Shown piece after piece: positions 58,597 through 64,000 of a stretch of 64,000 bases of DNA. A program made the position numbers and the translations under genes. Each line of letters starts with the position of its first letter. Within the stretch, counting starts at the first letter, position 1. The stretch is from Chlamydiota bacterium (GTDB lineage: Bacteria; Chlamydiota; Chlamydiia; Chlamydiales; Parachlamydiaceae). The stretch spans positions 1,199 to 65,198 of the forward strand of contig JABDAE010000002.1 in the NCBI GenBank assembly GCA_013289325.1, written 5' to 3'. Below the pieces are notes generated by a model that saw only the letters and a list, made by a program, of their open reading frames with translations, searched no databases and was not told the origin of the DNA.

Positions 58597-58635
58597 TTTT
58601 TTCAAGGGCGGTGAAGCCGTTTAATGGATTAGATA

Positions 58636-59736
58636 ATGGCAAGTAATACATTCGGCAACTTATTTAAGATCACGACATGGGGTGAGTCTCACGGCAAAGC
58701 GATTGGCGTTGTCATTGACGGCTGCCCGGCAGGCCTTCACATCAATGAAGATGAGATCAATCAGCTTTTGAGGCTAAGAGCGCCGGGAAGGTCTCCTCAC
58801 ACATCGCCAAGAAAAGAGAGCGACCTTGCAGAGATCTTATCCGGCGTATATGAAGGACAAACGACTGGCGCCCCAATTTCGATCATCATCTACAATCAAG
58901 ACAAAGATTCAAGCAAATATGAGCCGATAAAAGACTTGTTAAGACCTGGACATGCCAACTATACATATCTCAGTAAATATGGGATCTTCGACTTTAGAGG
59001 CGGTGGAAGAGCGTCTGCAAGAGAAACCGCTTGCCGAGTTGCAGCAAGCGCTATTGCCAAAAAACTTCTCCATCACAATGGGATAGCAATTACTGCTTAT
59101 GTTGTACAAATTGGGGATGTACAGGCAAAAATCGATGAGAAAGAGATAGAAGAGATTAGCTTAAAAACATACCAAGACGTCAATTTTTGCCCGGACCCCA
59201 CCGCATCCTCTAAAATGAGTGCCTTGATTGCACAATCGATGGAGCAAAAAGACACATTAGGAGGCGTTGTAGAATTTATTGTAAGGAATGTTCCAGCAGG
59301 ACTTGGCGATCCCGTCTACCAAAAACTTGAGGCAAGACTTGCCGATGCGATGCTTTCAATCCCTGCAGCAAAGGGGTTTGAAATCGGATCCGGATTTAAA
59401 TCAGCCTCAATGCAAGGCTCAATACATAATGATCTTTTTACCTTCGAAGGTGCCCAAGTCAAAACCGAAACTAACTTTTCTGGAGGCACATTAGGAGGCA
59501 TTTCAAACGGCATGCCCCTCATCGGAAAAGTGGCCTTTAAACCAACTTCGAGTATCATGAAAAAGCAAAAGACCTTGACAGTTACAAACGAGAAGGCCGA
59601 TATCGAGTTGCCGCAAGGGTCAAGACACGACCCGTGCGTTGCTATTCGCGCTGTTCCGGTCGTTGAGGCAATGGCCGCTTTAGTTCTTGTCGATGCATTG
59701 CTGCTCAATAGATTAGCGAGGCTATCTTGGAACTGA
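58636..59736 (+). CDS. aroC: Chorismate synthase
   Basis: FGNLFKITTWGESHG, RPGHANYTY and GGGRASARET motifs. Confidence 0.95.
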   Translation: MASNTFGNLFKITTWGESHGKAIGVVIDGCPAGLHINEDEINQLLRLRAPGRSPHTSPRKESDLAEILSGVYEGQTTGAPISIIIYNQDKDSSKYEPIKDLLRPGHANYTYLSKYGIFDFRGGGRASARETACRVAASAIAKKLLHHNGIAITAYVVQIGDVQAKIDEKEIEEISLKTYQDVNFCPDPTASSKMSALIAQSMEQKDTLGGVVEFIVRNVPAGLGDPVYQKLEARLADAMLSIPAAKGFEIGSGFKSASMQGSIHNDLFTFEGAQVKTETNFSGGTLGGISNGMPLIGKVAFKPTSSIMKKQKTLTVTNEKADIELPQGSRHDPCVAIRAVPVVEAMAALVLVDALLLNRLARLSWN

Positions 59737-60860
59737 CGTTAACGACAAAACAAGAAAGAGTCTCAAATATTACTATCTACCCTTCATTGTTACAAGATTT
59801 CAACTGCCTAAAAGACGCGCTCTCATCGCTTGATAAATCAAAACCAATTGCCATCATCACAGATTCCAACGTCGAAAAACTCTACGGAAGATCTTTGCAA
59901 GAAAATTTACTTTCTTTGAATTTTAAGACCCATATATTTCACTTTCCAGCAGGAGAAACGAGTAAAACAAGGGCCACAAAAGAAAGCATCGAAAATCAGA
60001 TGCTAGAAAATGGCCTTACGGCAGATCTTTATATCTTTGCACTTGGGGGCGGCGTTGTCACAGACATTGCGGGCTATATCGCCGCAACTTTTTGCCGGGG
60101 TGTCCCTTTAATTGCGATTCCCACATCTTTGACCGGCATGATCGATGCCTCCATAGGCGGCAAGAACGGGATCAGTGTGCCGCAAGGAAAAAACTTAATC
60201 GGCACCATCTATCAACCTAAAATGATCTTAATCGATTTATCGCTCCTTAACACCCTTTCAAAAAAAGAGCTGCGAAATGGGGCCATAGAAATGGTCAAGC
60301 ACGGCCTCGTGGCAGATCGCGCCCACTTTGACTACCTTGAAACTCATGCAGATCAAATCCTTGCATTAACCCCATCGACACTTAAAAAAGCTGTTTATGA
60401 TAGCTGCCAAATCAAGGTAAAAATCGTAGAAAGCGATGAAATAGGTGTTGGGCAAAGGCATCTTCTCAATTTTGGCCATACAATCGGACATGCATTAGAA
60501 AAACTAACCCATTACACAATGTCGCATGGAGAGGCCGTTGCCATCGGTATCCTTGTCGAAAGTTATTTAGCGTGTCTTTTAAACTACCTAAAACCCTCTT
60601 GTTTTGAAAGAATTAAAGCCATTTTTAACAAATATCAACTTCCCCTCTCTCTTCCCTACAAAATTCCAATCGACGAAATGTTAAACGCCATGGCGCTTGA
60701 TAAAAAGACGTTAAATGGAGAAAGGCGCTTTGTAATCCTTCAAGACATTGGCCATGCCAGCTCCTTTGAAGGCAAATTTTGTACCCCTGTCGACTTATCT
60801 CTTATAAAAAATGCCCTATCGTGGATGAATAGTGATATTACATTCGGCTATTTAAGATGA
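59727..60860 (+). CDS. aroB: 3-dehydroquinate synthase
   Basis: ALGGGVVTDIAGYIAATFCRGVPLIAIPTSL, NFGHTIGHALE and HGEAVAIG motifs. Confidence 0.9.
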   Translation: MELTLTTKQERVSNITIYPSLLQDFNCLKDALSSLDKSKPIAIITDSNVEKLYGRSLQENLLSLNFKTHIFHFPAGETSKTRATKESIENQMLENGLTADLYIFALGGGVVTDIAGYIAATFCRGVPLIAIPTSLTGMIDASIGGKNGISVPQGKNLIGTIYQPKMILIDLSLLNTLSKKELRNGAIEMVKHGLVADRAHFDYLETHADQILALTPSTLKKAVYDSCQIKVKIVESDEIGVGQRHLLNFGHTIGHALEKLTHYTMSHGEAVAIGILVESYLACLLNYLKPSCFERIKAIFNKYQLPLSLPYKIPIDEMLNAMALDKKTLNGERRFVILQDIGHASSFEGKFCTPVDLSLIKNALSWMNSDITFGYLR

Positions 60861-62620
60861 TTTGCGCCGTCATTAAGGTAGAAAATTACTTAAGTGCCTA
60901 TCAAGAGATTCGTGAGGCAGCCTTAACAGCTGAGATGATTGAGCTTAGACTCGACTATCTTCTTCATCTCGACTTTTCAGAAATTAAGCGCTTAAGAGAA
61001 GAGTGCAAGGTGGCCGTCATCATCACTTTGCGAAGCAATAAAGAAGGGGGACATTATAAAGGATCTGAAAAGACAAGACTTAAAATGCTATTAAAGCTTG
61101 CTGCTTTAAATCCCGATTATCTAGACATCGAACACCATGTATCAAAGCCATTCATTAAGGCAATTGCAAATAAACACCCCACAATTGGCATCATCATCTC
61201 CTATCACAATTTTACAAATATGCCAAAGAATCTAAACAAAATCTATAAGGCTTTGCAAAGACATAAAGCACATTATTACAAAATTGCCGCCACAGCAAAA
61301 TCATCTCTTGATGCGCTAAGGCTTCTTTGTTTTTCCAAATCTAAAAATCCAAATCTCATTGCAGTTAGCATGGGATCAATTGGACAATTTGGCCGCATCA
61401 TCGCTCATCATATGGGATCTCCCATCACCTACGCTATCCTCAGTGAAGAAAAAAAGACAGCTCCTGGACAGCTTACGATAGAGGAGCTGACCAAGCAGTA
61501 TCGCTACAGCTCTTTTAATAGCATATATGCTTTAATCGGAGATCCAATAGATTTAAGCATAAGCCACATCACCCATAATCAAACATTTGAAAAATTAGGG
61601 CTCTTTGCAGTCTATATTAAAATTGCCCTAAAAGAAAATGAGATAAAGACATTTTTAACATATGTCAAAAAACTCCCTTTCAAAGGCTTAAGCGTGACAA
61701 TGCCTTTAAAAGAGGCTATCATCCCCTATTTAGATGAGATCGATGACGAGGCAAAAGCGATTGGCGCAATCAACACGCTTGTCATTCAAAATCACAAAAT
61801 CATCGGATTTAATACAGATGGAAAAGGGGCTCTTGATGCCATCCAGCAATCCTTTAACCTAGAAACGGCAGTTCGAGACGCTAAATTGGCGCAAGATCTT
61901 GAATTAGAATCACTTTGCAGTGGGGCGGGACATTCCCAAGTGGCGAAGGACCGCCTCACTGCAAATGATTCTGGTTCAAGAGATTGTGTCAAGTTAGCGT
62001 CTCCAACTGACGTTTTTAGGTTTAATACTTCAAGTACCCTAAACAAGCGCATACTCGTATTAGGCGGCGGAGGAGCTGCTAAGGCGATCATGTATGAAGC
62101 AAAAAAAAGAGGCGCTGTTGTTTATACGATGTTGCGCGATCCCCTTAAAGCAAAAGAGCTGCAAAGCAAATACGGCTATGCAGCTTTCGCATTTAACCTA
62201 GAAACGGCAGTTCGAGATGGCAAATTAATGCAAGATCTTGAATTAGAATCACTTTGCAATGGGGTGGGACATTCCCAAATGGTGAAGGACCACCCCATTG
62301 CAAATGATTCTGGTTCAAGAGATTGCGTTAAGTTGCCGTCTCCAACTGCCGTTTCTAGGTTTAATGACCCCAATATAGACATTGTCGTCAATTGCACGCC
62401 GGTAGATTTTGAAGAATTTGCGCCTCAAATGCAAACAGCAATCGATGCGATGATTGAAAATAAAGCCCTTTTCATGGACATTAAAACGAAACCAAAAGAC
62501 TCAATTCTTCTGACAAAAGCCAAAACAAATGGCTGCCCTATTGTCTATGGCCATCAGATGTTTGCATTGCAGGCGGCGCTGCAATTTAAACTTTGGACTA
62601 AGAGTTCAACTACTCCGTGA
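60857..62620 (+). CDS. aroDE: Bifunctional 3-dehydroquinate dehydratase (type I) / shikimate dehydrogenase, carrying two in-frame 163-bp elements
   Basis: N-terminal AroD-like half (MIELRLDYL...YHNF). C-terminal AroE motifs SVTMPLK, NTDGKG, VLGGGGAAKAI and VNCTPV. 587 aa = 475 + 2x56. Confidence 0.9.
   Translation: MICAVIKVENYLSAYQEIREAALTAEMIELRLDYLLHLDFSEIKRLREECKVAVIITLRSNKEGGHYKGSEKTRLKMLLKLAALNPDYLDIEHHVSKPFIKAIANKHPTIGIIISYHNFTNMPKNLNKIYKALQRHKAHYYKIAATAKSSLDALRLLCFSKSKNPNLIAVSMGSIGQFGRIIAHHMGSPITYAILSEEKKTAPGQLTIEELTKQYRYSSFNSIYALIGDPIDLSISHITHNQTFEKLGLFAVYIKIALKENEIKTFLTYVKKLPFKGLSVTMPLKEAIIPYLDEIDDEAKAIGAINTLVIQNHKIIGFNTDGKGALDAIQQSFNLETAVRDAKLAQDLELESLCSGAGHSQVAKDRLTANDSGSRDCVKLASPTDVFRFNTSSTLNKRILVLGGGGAAKAIMYEAKKRGAVVYTMLRDPLKAKELQSKYGYAAFAFNLETAVRDGKLMQDLELESLCNGVGHSQMVKDHPIANDSGSRDCVKLPSPTAVSRFNDPNIDIVVNCTPVDFEEFAPQMQTAIDAMIENKALFMDIKTKPKDSILLTKAKTNGCPIVYGHQMFALQAALQFKLWTKSSTTP
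61858..62020 (+). mobile_element. 163-bp element, copy 6 (in frame in AroE domain; TSD TTTAA)
   Basis: tttaa occurs at 61853-61857 and 62021-62025. Confidence 0.9.
62197..62359 (+). mobile_element. 163-bp element, copy 7 (in frame in AroE domain; TSD TTTAA)
   Basis: tttaa occurs at 62192-62196 and 62360-62364. Confidence 0.9.
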
Positions 62621-62692
62621 ACGCGTACCTTAGTGCGTCGGGTATTACAAGAAGTCTATTGTCTGCGGAAATCCTTTTTAGAGCAATTGTTG

Positions 62693-63559
62693 CTAAAAAG
62701 TTTTCATTTCTTGAACAAAGTGGCAAAACATCTCTTTTGTCCAAGAGTTAATTGCTTCTAGATCGGGTGCAAAGGGGCGAATATCATTACGAACACTTTC
62801 TAAGTCAATCGATTCAATTTTATCCAACATCATTTGATCAAATATTTCTCTGGTTAACCACTTCTCTTGGGGGAGAAATCCAGAGTTATGTAAATGAATA
62901 GAGAGCCTTTGAAGATTTAATGAAGTCCCTTTTCGAACAAACCACAACCAATCATACCAGTCCCGTCCTTTGACCCTCTTTTTCCATTCTCGAAATAGGA
63001 GAGCATGCATTTTACCTGCAAAGATGTCTTCTAAAATCACTATTTTAATTCCCACTAACGCGGGAGCTTTAAGAAAGTGGATATCGGTCCGATAAGCTGG
63101 GGCAGGATCGGTATCCACTTCAACTTTAATTTTCAATGTCGTTTCATAGTGAAATCCCTTCACAAGGTTTTTTGGGATCCCAATTTTGATCAATTCGTTA
63201 AGAGTATTGGTCTTTATAAATGCAGATTGAACAGGCGTTTGCAAGACTTTGTTTTTAGTCTCTACCGTAACATCAAAACCATACGACTCTAATTCATTTC
63301 GGATACATGAGTTATATTCACTAAGAGAAAAGTCTTTATGAGAAAAGAGTAATGTAAAGTCTAGATCTTCAGAAAAACGATCTAACCCATGCAGTATGCG
63401 AAGAGCCGTCCCCCCGTAAAATGCAGCATGTTCAAAAAAATGTCCTCTCCATAACCCTACTAAGGCAACCTCTTGTAAAATTTCTTTAAGAGCCCTTTCA
63501 TACTCCATCCTAGTTTCACATTTGTAGTGTTTGAGCATGGCTTGAATTGCCTGATTCAT
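62693..63559 (-). CDS. abiEii: Nucleotidyltransferase AbiEii/AbiGii-family toxin
   Basis: FYGGTALRILHGLDRFSEDLDF motif. 288 aa. 4-nt overlap with the upstream gene. Confidence 0.8.
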   Translation of the reverse strand: MNQAIQAMLKHYKCETRMEYERALKEILQEVALVGLWRGHFFEHAAFYGGTALRILHGLDRFSEDLDFTLLFSHKDFSLSEYNSCIRNELESYGFDVTVETKNKVLQTPVQSAFIKTNTLNELIKIGIPKNLVKGFHYETTLKIKVEVDTDPAPAYRTDIHFLKAPALVGIKIVILEDIFAGKMHALLFREWKKRVKGRDWYDWLWFVRKGTSLNLQRLSIHLHNSGFLPQEKWLTREIFDQMMLDKIESIDLESVRNDIRPFAPDLEAINSWTKEMFCHFVQEMKTF

Positions 63560-64000
63560 TTTCGACTCCTTATCCAGTCTATTAAGATTGATAAAACAGG
63601 ACTGCCACCTGCTTTCAAGACATCCGTTAAAATCCTTAAGTGAAATTTTTCAACAGCATTTTCCTCTAAACGCAGATCACAAAAGAGGAGATCTTCAAGC
63701 TCATTTGTTGAGTCGATCTTGAAATTGCGATGATAAAATAAGTCTGCAATCGCTTTTTCGGGTGTGGCGATCAAAAATGCATTGCCATCCATTTCAAGCC
63801 AAGTGTAACCAAGTGAAAAAATAGAAATTGGCATCACGGCATAAGAAAAACTTCCTAAAGGGGTGTGATATTGTTTGTTTCGCTTTGTTGTAACACTTGT
63901 GATTTCATTGACAAATTCGGGAATCAATCCATAAAAGGCCAGGGCATATTCTAAGGACACATATGAAGGCCCATAAATTTGGTTGGCAAGCACCTCAAGG
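63556..64000 (-). CDS. abiEi: AbiEi-family antitoxin (C-terminal part; N-terminus beyond window)
   Basis: ...LANQIYGPSYVSLEYALAFYGLIPE is typical of AbiEi. The frame stays open to the window edge. Confidence 0.7.
   Translation of the reverse strand, partial: LEVLANQIYGPSYVSLEYALAFYGLIPEFVNEITSVTTKRNKQYHTPLGSFSYAVMPISIFSLGYTWLEMDGNAFLIATPEKAIADLFYHRNFKIDSTNELEDLLFCDLRLEENAVEKFHLRILTDVLKAGGSPVLSILIDWIRSRK

Noticed and set aside
14281-62359. Could the repeated 163-bp units be a CRISPR array or integron attC sites?
   Set aside because: The copies are kilobases apart, occur in both orientations, lie inside genes and have 5-bp target duplications. No cas or intI gene is present in the window. The hairpin shape and the GTTAAA-like flank at the TA cassette are reminiscent of attC sites. 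However, in-gene insertions with TSDs point to transposition rather than cassette recombination.

Overview
All calls below rest on reading the ORF translations and the DNA by eye. No database search was possible, so every homology call is motif-based.

The window is a 64-kb bacterial chromosome segment, roughly 40% G+C on sampled lines. Its gene content looks like an environmental Chlamydia-related organism, but this taxon call is inference only. The supporting genes are Inc-like bilobed membrane proteins, an aroD-aroE fusion, a TamB-like giant protein, a LolCDE-like transporter and a RING/ankyrin eukaryote-like protein.

I support about 55 CDS and one tRNA-Ser(CGA). The main blocks are:
- a ccoS-like mini-ORF followed by Rieske, cytochrome b and a seven-haem cytochrome c
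- a beta-oxidation-like trio next to an outer-membrane barrel
- tsaD
- lolC/E-like and lolD-like genes
- umuDC
- shikimate genes (aroA, then aroC-aroB-aroDE)
- a complete mevalonate pathway (idi, class-I hmgr, mvaS, mvk, pmk, mvaD)
- a 1282-aa LVIVD/cadherin-like surface protein
- six toxin-antitoxin modules (MntA/HepT, two VapBC, RelE-ParE/Phd, MazEF, AbiEi/Eii)

The outstanding signal is a repeat family of seven copies, each exactly 163 bp. Each copy is an imperfect palindrome flanked by a perfect 5-bp A/T-rich target-site duplication. Because 163+5 = 168 = 56 codons, an insertion cannot shift the host reading frame. Only one frame per strand is stop-free. Four copies are read through inside genes: the LolC/E-like permease, the RING/ankyrin protein, and twice in AroDE. 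A remnant supplies the C-terminus and stop codon of AroA.

The two arms of the element co-vary, and the copies are mosaics. Every orientable copy has the same strand in the local transcript. Element termini also bracket a TA cassette and a tRNA.

The behaviour resembles Rickettsia palindromic elements, but I do not recognise the sequence family. No transposase lies in the window.
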